Of a stretch of DNA of 14,345 bases, positions 1 to 6,152 are shown piece by piece. The position numbers were made by a program, and so were the translations under genes. Source of the DNA: Thermodesulfobacteriota bacterium (GTDB taxonomy: Bacteria > Desulfobacterota > Desulfobacteria > Desulfobacterales > Desulfatibacillaceae). How positions within the stretch are numbered: the first letter of the stretch is position 1; every line of letters begins with the position of its first letter. The DNA lies in contig JBFMHL010000078.1 in assembly GCA_040753055.1 (NCBI GenBank), positions 1 through 14,345 of the forward strand, read 5' to 3'. The notes under the pieces were generated by a model. That model saw only the letters and a list, made by a program, of their open reading frames with translations, ran no database searches and was not told where the DNA came from.

Positions 1-3
1 TAT

Positions 4-750
4 TTAAATGTTCACGCGGCGGATTGCCACGCGTTCGCCGTCGAAGTGGATCATCTGCCCGCGCAGTGCAGGCCCGCGTCCCGCCAGGATGCGGATGGCT
101 TCAGCGGCCTGGATTCCGGCGATGACGGCAACGGCGGGCGAGAGGACCGCGGGCGGCTCCTTTGCTTCCTTCGCGTTGTGGAAAAGGCGGTCGAAGGCCT
201 CGTGGTCCGCGGGAAAAAAGGTCGCGGCCTGTCCGGACCATTGGGAAACCGCGCCGTGGACGAAGGGAGCGTTGAGCGTCCGGGCCGCGGCGAAGGCTGC
301 GCGGCGGGAAGCGATATTGTCCAGGCCGTCCACGATGAGGTCCGCACCGGAGAAGATGTGAATGGCCCCCTTTTCCTCTATTCTGTCTACGCGGGCCATG
401 GCTCGGGTGAAAGGGCTTGCGTCGCGCACGGCCCGTGCCGCCTGGCGGGCCTTGGCCTTGCCCAGGGCCTTGCGGGTGCAGATGGGTTGGCGGTTGGTGT
501 TGGTCTCGTCGAAGTCGTCGTCGTCTATCAGGATGAGCCTCCCCACGCCCGCGCGGGCCAGCAGCAGGCAGAGGTGCCCGCCCAGGCCCCCCAGGCCGGC
601 CACAGCCACGCAGGAGCGCAGCAGGCGCTTCTGCTCCTCGGCGCTAAGCGCCGGGCTGTTGCGGGAAAGGGCTTCCGGCCAGATGCCCTGGTCCAGATCT
701 TCCGCCGCGATTTTCGAGGGCGGGATGGACGATTCGGGGTTTTGATCCAT
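4..750 (-). CDS. ThiF/MoeB/HesA-family E1-like adenylyltransferase (sulfur-carrier-protein activating enzyme); C-terminus runs off the window edge
   Basis: Real start is at MDQNPESS (ATG = revcomp of 748-750), not the upstream in-frame extension. Glycine-rich nucleotide loop VAVAGLGGLGG and the LILIDDDDFDETN motif are typical of ThiF/MoeB. The start abuts the stop of the upstream gene. No CxxC zinc motifs are visible in the part inside the window. Confidence 0.8.
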   Translation of the reverse strand: MDQNPESSIPPSKIAAEDLDQGIWPEALSRNSPALSAEEQKRLLRSCVAVAGLGGLGGHLCLLLARAGVGRLILIDDDDFDETNTNRQPICTRKALGKAKARQAARAVRDASPFTRAMARVDRIEEKGAIHIFSGADLIVDGLDNIASRRAAFAAARTLNAPFVHGAVSQWSGQAATFFPADHEAFDRLFHNAKEAKEPPAVLSPAVAVIAGIQAAEAIRILAGRGPALRGQMIHFDGERVAIRRVNI

Positions 751-752
751 GG

Positions 753-1280
753 TCACTGCTCCCAGGGTGAAAACTCCTCGTCGGGGTTGTCCACAATCCG
801 GGAAAGCCTCATGCTTGCGTCGTTCCGGATGGCTTCCTTCATTTCCTCGCCGAAGCCGCGGGACTCCATCCAGCGTTCCAGAAGAGGCCCGCCCGGCTTC
901 CAGAGCTCCATGGTTTCCGCTTCCGTCACCCAGGCCTTGAGCCTGATCCCGTGCTTTTTCAAGATGGCCCACACCGAGTCGCGGTTGCGCCGGTCGCAGT
1001 AGACCATCATGACGCACTCCTCCATCCCCAGGTTGGTGGGTGGGTTGCGGTCGTACTTGATGCAGGGAATCATGCGGGCTTCCACATAGGGATCCAGCTT
1101 GCGCGCGAGCTCGGCGAGCTTTTCCGCGCTTCCCAGCACCAGCCATTTTCCCCAGTAGGCCAGGACCTCCCCGTTGGTCAGCGGCCGCCCCTGGAACACG
1201 GTGTACTTTTCCCCGTGGAAGATCGCAGGATGGTACACGAAGACGAAGTGGCTTTCCGGCTGGTCCACGATCACCCTCAA
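753..1280 (-). CDS. Divergent MoaE-like protein (molybdopterin synthase catalytic subunit homolog), 175 aa
   Basis: Collinear motif matches to E. coli MoaE as I remember it: N-terminal VIVDQPE vs IVVGPQP; TVFQGRP vs VTFTGKVR; SAEKLAELARKL vs TEKALAEIVDEA; VMMVYCDRRNRDSVWA vs IVFVGVTSAHRSSAFEA; ELWKPG vs PFWKRE. Start ATG overlaps the MoaD-like stop (ATGA), which fits translational coupling. It sits between a MoaD-like and a MoeB-like gene. The canonical His-Arg pair appears to be substituted. Confidence 0.5.
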   Translation of the reverse strand: MRVIVDQPESHFVFVYHPAIFHGEKYTVFQGRPLTNGEVLAYWGKWLVLGSAEKLAELARKLDPYVEARMIPCIKYDRNPPTNLGMEECVMMVYCDRRNRDSVWAILKKHGIRLKAWVTEAETMELWKPGGPLLERWMESRGFGEEMKEAIRNDASMRLSRIVDNPDEEFSPWEQ

Positions 1281-1558
1281 CCTCCGGCGGAAAGCGGGAT
1301 GATGGAGATTTCGTCCCCGTCCTTCACCCTCGTTTCGAGACCGGACAGGGAGAGGTAGTTGTCGCCGTTTAGGAACACCAGCAAGCCCGAGGCCTTGCCT
1401 TCGGGGTGGTTCAGCCGCTCGGAAAAGAGCGGAAAACGCTCAGCGACATGGTCCAGGCATTCATCCAGGGTGGTTCCTTCGGAGCTTACTTCGTCCGCTC
1501 CGCCGAACCAGCGGGAGAGCGATCCCGGAACAAGAACCGATACCGGCATGGCGTTCAC
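1277..1558 (-). CDS. MoaD/ThiS-family ubiquitin-like sulfur carrier protein (93 aa, C-terminal Gly-Gly)
   Basis: The protein ends ...GDEISIIPLSAGG, with the GDE-x-x-x-P-x-x-GG C-terminal pattern typical of MoaD/ThiS. Size fits. It lies in an operon with an E1-like enzyme. No obvious SD; the start is 7 nt after the upstream stop, so coupling is likely. Confidence 0.8.
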   Translation of the reverse strand: MNAMPVSVLVPGSLSRWFGGADEVSSEGTTLDECLDHVAERFPLFSERLNHPEGKASGLLVFLNGDNYLSLSGLETRVKDGDEISIIPLSAGG

Positions 1559-1564
1559 TCCGGC

Positions 1565-1879
1565 TCAGGAAAAGGTGAGAACCTTGTCCGCTTCCCTCAT
1601 GATCTCGTAAAGATCGTCCATCCAGGCGATGGGGCAGCTGGCGGAGCCCGCGAGACCGTGGGCTTTCATGCACACCCCTCAGACGTAGAAGTCGCCGGTG
1701 AACTGGTTGATCTGGCCCATGACGTCGAAGGCCTCGCTCCCGGCGGACTCGAAGAGCACGCCCGCCCCCAGCATGAAGACGCTCACTTCGTCGCCCTTGC
1801 GCGCGCCCGTGTTGGCGATCCGAAGGGCGTTGACCATGGTTTCGCCGTCACTGGTGGCAATGATGACAAGCAGCTTCAT
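1565..1879 (-). CDS. DsrE/DsrF-family sulfur-relay protein with an in-frame UGA (predicted selenocysteine), 104 aa on read-through
   Basis: The track ORF 1679..1879 (66 aa, MKLLVIIATSDGETMVNALRIANTGARKGDEVSVFMLGAGVLFESAGSEAFDVMGQINQFTGDFYV) ends at TGA, revcomp of 1679-1681. Read-through in the same frame gives U-GVCMKAHGLAGSASCPIAWMDDLYEIMREADKVLTFS and stops at 1565-1567. The DsrE-family active-site cysteine motif (vC...a.Gl) lies only in the read-through part, and it creates a U-x-x-C motif. There is a SECIS-like hairpin 15 nt downstream of the UGA. RBS GGAGAGG sits 6 nt upstream of the ATG. As I recall, a DsrE-like selenoprotein family has been reported in Deltaproteobacteria. Confidence 0.65.
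1645..1664 (-). promoter_or_regulatory. SECIS-like stem-loop downstream of the in-frame UGA
   Basis: mRNA sense is AGCCC-A-CG-GUCU-CG-C-GGGCU: a 5+2 bp stem with single-nt bulges and an apical loop GUCU containing G and U. The stem starts about 15 nt 3' of the UGA, which matches the spacing and form of bacterial SECIS elements. Confidence 0.45.
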
Positions 1880-1900
1880 GGCCGCCTCTCCTGTTTTCCC

Positions 1901-3466
1901 CTACGCAGGCTTCTCGTTCTTTTCCTTCTTCTGCTGATGCTGCGCGACCTCGCCCAGGAAGGCGGGCAGATCGAGACCGGCCATGGCCGCCACGTCGTGG
2001 AGCGGGGGCAGGCTCTTCACCAGGCCGGAGAGGAAGTTGGCGGTGGAGGTCTTGTCTCCGTCCGCGCCGTCCCAGACCGTGACCTTGTCTATCTTGATGT
2101 TCTTGATGGCCTCCATCTGGGCGTTTACCAGGCTCTCGATCTTCTCCGTCAGGAGCAACGTGGCCACGGCCTTGGCGTCGCCGTTGCAGGACTTGATGAG
2201 CTCCAGGTAACCGGCGGCCTTGCTTTCCAGCACCATCTTCACGCCGCGGGCCTCGGCGCTGTATTTAAGCAGCACGGCGTCCGCCTCTCCGCGGGCCTCG
2301 CGGCGGGTGCGTTCGGCGGTGGCTTCGGCTGCGATCTCGATCTTTTTCCGCTCGATCTCCTGAACGACCACCTGCTCGGCGGTGAGGCGCTCCTGCTCGG
2401 CCTTGTACTGGGCCTTCTGGATCTCGGCCACGGCTTCCAGGCGGGCCACCTCTCCCTGCTGGTTGGCCTGGGCCTTCTTGACGGCCAGCCTCGCGTTGGA
2501 CTCGGCAATATTGGCCTGGGACGTGTTTTCGCCGTCCACGGCCTCGGCTTCGCGGCTCTGAACGTATACCCGGCGTTCGGCCTCGGCTTTTTTCTTGCCT
2601 TTTACGGATTCGGCCTCGTTCTCCGCCACCTTGATCTGCATAATCTTGTTGGCATCCGCTTCGCCGACGGTGGCCTTGGCTTCCTGCTGCTGTACGAAGA
2701 CCCGCTGGTCGGCCTCCGCCTGCTTCTTTCCCTTTTCGGCCTGGGCGCGGTTTTCGGCAACGCGGATTTCCTTTTCCCGCACCGCTTCGACCTCGCCGAT
2801 GGCGCCCATCTTTTCCTGGATCGCGACATCCACCTTGGCCTTGTTTACGGCCTCGGATGCGGCCTTCTTGCCGATGGACTCGATATAGCCGGACTCGTCG
2901 GTGATATCGGTGATGTTCACGTTGATGAGGTAGAGGCCAATCTTGTTGAGCTCTGGCGAGACATTCTTGCGGATGGCCTCCAGGAAGCTCTCGCGGTCCT
3001 GGTTGATCTGCTCGATGGTGAGGGAGGCGACCGTCAAACGGAGCTGGCCGAAGATGATCTCCTTGGCCATCTCCTCGATCTCTTTGGGGCTTAAGTTCAG
3101 AAGCCTTTCCGCGGCGTTGATCATGATGGCAGCTTCGGTGGAGATGCCCACCGTGAAGGTGGAGGGCACATTCACCCGGATGTTCTGCATGGAAAGAGCC
3201 TTCTGCAGGGGGATGCCGATGGTCATGGGCGTCAGGCTCATGTAGGAGTAATCCTGAATGAGCGGCCAGATGAGGGCGCCGCCGCCGTGCAGGCACCGGG
3301 CGGACTGGCCCCGCCCCACCTTGCCGTAGATCACCAGGATCTGGTCCGAGGGGCATCTTTTGTAGCGGGAGGCGAGGAACATGAGGGTGGCCACGATGAG
3401 AACCACCAGGGCCACGATGGGCAGAAGCCAGAGGCCGATGTCGAGATCCAGCGTATAACCGAACAT
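1901..3466 (-). CDS. SPFH/Band-7 flotillin-like protein (YqiK/FloA type), 522 aa
   Basis: Real start is MFGYTLDLDIGLWLLPIVALVVLIV... (ATG = revcomp of 3464-3466) with RBS AAGGAAGGGA 6 nt upstream. It has an N-terminal TM helix, an SPFH core, and a long charged EA/K/Q-rich coiled-coil tail (AEKGKKQAEADQR..., KKKAEAERR...). The in-frame upstream extension in the track lacks an RBS. Confidence 0.85.
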   Translation of the reverse strand: MFGYTLDLDIGLWLLPIVALVVLIVATLMFLASRYKRCPSDQILVIYGKVGRGQSARCLHGGGALIWPLIQDYSYMSLTPMTIGIPLQKALSMQNIRVNVPSTFTVGISTEAAIMINAAERLLNLSPKEIEEMAKEIIFGQLRLTVASLTIEQINQDRESFLEAIRKNVSPELNKIGLYLINVNITDITDESGYIESIGKKAASEAVNKAKVDVAIQEKMGAIGEVEAVREKEIRVAENRAQAEKGKKQAEADQRVFVQQQEAKATVGEADANKIMQIKVAENEAESVKGKKKAEAERRVYVQSREAEAVDGENTSQANIAESNARLAVKKAQANQQGEVARLEAVAEIQKAQYKAEQERLTAEQVVVQEIERKKIEIAAEATAERTRREARGEADAVLLKYSAEARGVKMVLESKAAGYLELIKSCNGDAKAVATLLLTEKIESLVNAQMEAIKNIKIDKVTVWDGADGDKTSTANFLSGLVKSLPPLHDVAAMAGLDLPAFLGEVAQHQQKKEKNEKPA

Positions 3467-3745
3467 GTTGTCCCTTCCTTTTAGAGAATTTCCCAGGCCT
3501 CCCGGTTCGGGTGCGGCCCGAAAGTCTTGCGATGCAGAGAACAGCCGGACAATGGGTTTGGGTCGGTCCGCCGCCACGGGAGACGTCGGCCCTGCGAGCC
3601 CGTTCGCCGGGGGGGCACGGGCCCCGGACGTGCGGCTGTTTTACACGGTGCGTATCAAAGCAGGATGGCTGCTGCGGTCCGCGAAGGCGCACCGTAGCCG
3701 GCTTGCCTTCCTGGGCCAACCTGATACCAGAAGCTCGCGCGGGCG

Positions 3746-3761
3746 GCAAGGCGAATTCCAG
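3746..3761 (-). promoter_or_regulatory. Candidate sigma-54 (-24/-12) element upstream of the flotillin gene
   Basis: Minus-sense TGGAATTCGCCTTGCC, compared with consensus TGGCACG-N4-TTGCW, has the correct 10-nt spacing between the GG and GC dinucleotides. It lies about 280 nt upstream of the flotillin start. This is a weak, motif-only call. Confidence 0.2.
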
Positions 3762-3818
3762 GCGCGGGCAATGACTAGAAGCTATCTCAAGAACAAGAAT
3801 AAGAAGGCAAAGGCTTTT

Positions 3819-3872
3819 GCGGGGGAGGGGGGAAACCCCTTGTGAACAAGCTGGCTTTTCTCCCTCCCCCGC
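3819..3872 (-). terminator. Long perfect G/C inverted repeat (11-bp stem, 32-nt loop) in the nfeD-flotillin gap; possible terminator or attenuator
   Basis: GCGGGGGAGGG (3819-3829) pairs perfectly with CCCTCCCCCGC (3862-3872). In minus sense it is followed by a second small hairpin (GCAAA-agcc-TTTGC) and then the U-rich tract CUUCUUAUUCUUGUUCUUG. It sits 270 nt downstream of the nfeD stop. Confidence 0.3.
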
Positions 3873-3993
3873 ACCCCCTCTCCCTTTTGAGGCAAAACTT
3901 TTTGAACTGGGCCCAAAGGCTGGCATCCGAGGCCCACAGCTCATAGTGGCAAGAAAATCGCTCCCGCCGGGGAACGAAATGGTATTTAGAAAT

Positions 3994-4011
3994 GGGATAT
4001 CCCCTATAGGG
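3994..4011. promoter_or_regulatory. Two overlapping perfect 10-bp palindromes, GGGATATCCC and CCCTATAGGG, in a low-GC intergenic stretch
   Basis: Each decamer is its own reverse complement and they overlap by 2 nt. They sit in the AT-richer part of the 675-bp gap. This looks like a candidate dimeric regulator-binding site. Confidence 0.2.
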
Positions 4012-4141
4012 AAACTCTCTTGAGATGAGTTATAGAAGAGGTCTCCAGCCACGAAGCGCGCAACGGATCCGGAATAGGGAAGGCTTTTCTTGTTCATCTT
4101 CCCGGACCCAGCGCTCGGACCGGACCCGTTCATCGGGGAGG

Positions 4142-4723
4142 CTACGGGGAAAGATCCGCGGAAACCAGGAGCTTGGTGCCGGCAAGGCCGGATACCGTAA
4201 CAGGGGTGCCTGTTTTCAGCTCCTTGCCGTCCTTCTCCATGGCTTCGAACTCCCGGAGCCGTCCGCTCACCTTCACCAAGACAATGCCCACGCCTTTTGC
4301 CGGAATGTTGAGGTACACCTCCCCGCGGCAGCCCACCGCGTCCTCCAGGGAAAGGGTTCCGGAGGACTGGAGCTTGAGCATCATGTGAAGAAGCTTGGCG
4401 ATGAGCCATACGGTGAAGAGCCCGGCAGCCGTGGCCCCGACAAAGGAAAGCGCGATGCCGGTGCGGCTCTGCTTGCTCATGGCGAGCCCCACCAGGCCGA
4501 ACATGAGGAAAAAGCCGGTCAGGCCCTGTACGGAAAGAAGCCGGAAACCGAAGTCGCCGTGGCCGGCGTCGCCCACATCGCCCGCCCCCAGGTCCCCGTC
4601 CCCGTGATGATCCATTCCCAGGAACTGAAGCGCCATGCGGACGATCAGGAGCAACCCTCCCAAGACGGCGCAAGCGAGGTAGATCAGGTCAACCAACGTG
4701 AGGTCCGTGAGGATGGTCTTCAT
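4142..4723 (-). CDS. NfeD-like membrane protein (YqiJ/YuaF type, flotillin partner), 193 aa
   Basis: It has an N-terminal TM helix, an Asp/Gly/His-rich stretch (MDHHGDGDLGAGDVGDAGHGDFG), and further TM helices. The C-terminal soluble beta-rich domain GEVYLNIPAKGVGIVLVKVSGRLREFEAM is typical of the NfeD OB-fold. GGAG lies 9 nt upstream of the ATG. Confidence 0.7.
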   Translation of the reverse strand: MKTILTDLTLVDLIYLACAVLGGLLLIVRMALQFLGMDHHGDGDLGAGDVGDAGHGDFGFRLLSVQGLTGFFLMFGLVGLAMSKQSRTGIALSFVGATAAGLFTVWLIAKLLHMMLKLQSSGTLSLEDAVGCRGEVYLNIPAKGVGIVLVKVSGRLREFEAMEKDGKELKTGTPVTVSGLAGTKLLVSADLSP

Positions 4724-4775
4724 TTCCTTCGGCTCCGTGAGGGCGGGGAAAGGCAGCCGGACACGACCGGGTGCG

Positions 4776-5375
4776 CTATTGCGCGGCCGCCTTTTCGGCC
4801 TCCAGCCTTTTGATTTCGTTTTCTATGTTGGTCTGCTTCTGCTCGTAATCGGCCTGGGATTTTTCCAGCTGGTTCCGCTGATAGCGATATCGCCGGCCGG
4901 CGCGGTTTTGGTGCTTGCGAACTCCCATGGTTTCGACATCCTGCTTCTGCTCGTCGAGGCTCTTCTTTTCCTCCTCCAGCTTCTTGCGCTCCTGGTAGAG
5001 CTGGTTCAGACGGGCATCCCGGTTCCGAGCCTCGGCCTGCTGCCTTGCGGCGAGAGCGGATTTTCTCCGGGCTTCTTCCTCTTCCCGGCTGGTGGCGCTC
5101 GCATAGGGATTGACGAGAGCGGGACGAGCGGGCTCGGAAGTGTCGGGCGCGGCCGTCTGGGTGGTAGGAGTCAGTTGATCTGCGCCTTCGGCGGTCTGGT
5201 CCTCCGGGAGCTTGACGTACTCGGTGTCGCCTGCGCTGCCCGAGGGAATGGTGCCTGGGTCGTCGGTGTAATGCCAGTCTCCGTTTGCGTCCTGGTATCG
5301 GTAGTATCCGGCGTCCGCGGGGGAGGAAAAAAGGATCGCCAGGGCGCAACACAGGAGAAATGCGGCCCTCTTCAT
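4776..5375 (-). CDS. Secreted DUF4124-domain protein with C-terminal coiled coil (paralog B), 200 aa
   Basis: Start MKRAAFLLCCALAILFSSPADA is a signal peptide, with RBS AAAGGAAAAG upstream. The GYYRYQDANGDWHYTDDPGTIP signature that follows matches DUF4124. The C-terminus is a charged heptad-like coiled coil (EEEKKSLDEQKQ...KRLEAEKAAAQ). Confidence 0.75.
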   Translation of the reverse strand: MKRAAFLLCCALAILFSSPADAGYYRYQDANGDWHYTDDPGTIPSGSAGDTEYVKLPEDQTAEGADQLTPTTQTAAPDTSEPARPALVNPYASATSREEEEARRKSALAARQQAEARNRDARLNQLYQERKKLEEEKKSLDEQKQDVETMGVRKHQNRAGRRYRYQRNQLEKSQADYEQKQTNIENEIKRLEAEKAAAQ

Positions 5376-5548
5376 CGCTTTTCCTTTGGCTTTACGGGTT
5401 TGAGAATGACCTCGGCGTCCGGAGGTCTTGCCGATGGGCGCGGACGCCTCTGGCGGTCGGGTTTCGTTTTGGCCAAAGCCCCACGGAAGGCCTTTCGGGC
5501 TTTGCGCCTTTGCATGCCGGAAGCGGTCCGCGGCAGGCCGTTGCTTCA

Positions 5549-6124
5549 TTACGGGGTCCCTTCAGCCGCCCGCTTTTCTTCCACCTCGTTGAGCTCCTTC
5601 TCGTAGGCTAGCCTCTTTTGCTGGTAGGCGCCGATCCTGTCGTTGAGCTCCTGGATGCGGGAGTTCAACGCCCTGCCGGGTGAGGAGCGCTGTACGGACT
5701 TGCGGAGGGTTTCCACTTCTGCAATCTCGGCGGACAGAGCCTGATATTCTTCGTCCAGAGTCTTTTTTTGCACTTCCAGGCGCGCTTTGGCTTCTTGGTA
5801 CTCTTTCTCAGCCCGGGAGTCCTGCATGCCTGAAGCGGCATCCTCCGGCTGTGCCGTCTTCTTCTGGGAAGGTTTGGGCGCCTGGTTCCGGATGGCCTGC
5901 TCCCTGGCCGCCTGGTTTGTCGCCCGTTCCTCGGGGGTCAGGCTGTCTTCCACCTCCGTGTAGGTATCCACTTTGGGACGCTGGTTTGCAGGGACCTGGG
6001 AAAGATCGTCCGTGTAACGCACCGCACCGTTCTGGTCGGTGTAGCGGTAGAACTCGGCAAGGGCCCCGGATGAAAAAACGCCGAACACAAAAAAACAAAC
6101 CAAGGTCGCTGCGATTTTTTTCAT
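5549..6124 (-). CDS. Secreted DUF4124-domain protein with C-terminal coiled coil (paralog A), 192 aa
   Basis: Start MKKIAATLVCFFVFGVFSSGALA is a signal peptide; GGAGG lies about 10 nt upstream. The DUF4124-like signature is EFYRYTDQNGAVRYTDDLSQVP. The C-terminus is a coiled coil (KEYQEAKARLEVQKKTLDEEYQALSAEIAEVETLRK...). Domain order matches the downstream paralog. Confidence 0.75.
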   Translation of the reverse strand: MKKIAATLVCFFVFGVFSSGALAEFYRYTDQNGAVRYTDDLSQVPANQRPKVDTYTEVEDSLTPEERATNQAAREQAIRNQAPKPSQKKTAQPEDAASGMQDSRAEKEYQEAKARLEVQKKTLDEEYQALSAEIAEVETLRKSVQRSSPGRALNSRIQELNDRIGAYQQKRLAYEKELNEVEEKRAAEGTP

Positions 6125-6152
6125 GACGCAGAGCCTCCGGATCGGAAAAGAA

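Noticed and set aside
1-1146. Full 380-aa extent of the ThiF-like ORF as given in the track
   Set aside because: The N-terminal 132 residues are Arg/Gly-rich and overlap the MoaE-like gene in another frame. The ThiF homology starts at MDQNPESS (750), which also abuts the upstream stop codon.
1679-1879. Treating the 66-aa ORF as a complete small DsrE-fragment protein, plus an independent 34-aa ORF MKAHGL... at 1565-1669
   Set aside because: The DsrE-family conserved cysteine motif lies only in the downstream in-frame segment. The combined length equals a normal DsrE domain. The UGA creates a UxxC motif and is followed by a SECIS-like hairpin. The split reading is kept as the less likely alternative.
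1406-3094. 562-aa plus-strand ORF
   Set aside because: It is antisense to the flotillin gene, has a Gly/Leu/Asp-rich low-complexity product, and has no RBS. It is a mirror-frame artefact.
3500-3520. GGTTCGGGT motif resembling a tRNA T-loop
   Set aside because: It has no complementary T-stem, D-arm or anticodon-arm context, so it is not a tRNA.
3786-4103. 105-aa minus-strand ORF (MNKKSLPYSGSVARFVAGDLFYNSSQ...) inside the nfeD-flotillin gap
   Set aside because: Third codon positions are A/T-rich, unlike every confident gene in this window. There is no properly spaced RBS (GGGAAG abuts the ATG), and it runs through the G/C inverted repeat. Judged non-coding.
2265-4673. 802-aa minus-strand ORF spanning the flotillin gene, the gap and part of nfeD
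   Set aside because: Its product is extremely Arg/Gly/Pro-rich and low-complexity. It lies in an alternate frame of the well-supported flotillin CDS and crosses a non-coding gap. This is the usual long spurious ORF of high-GC DNA.
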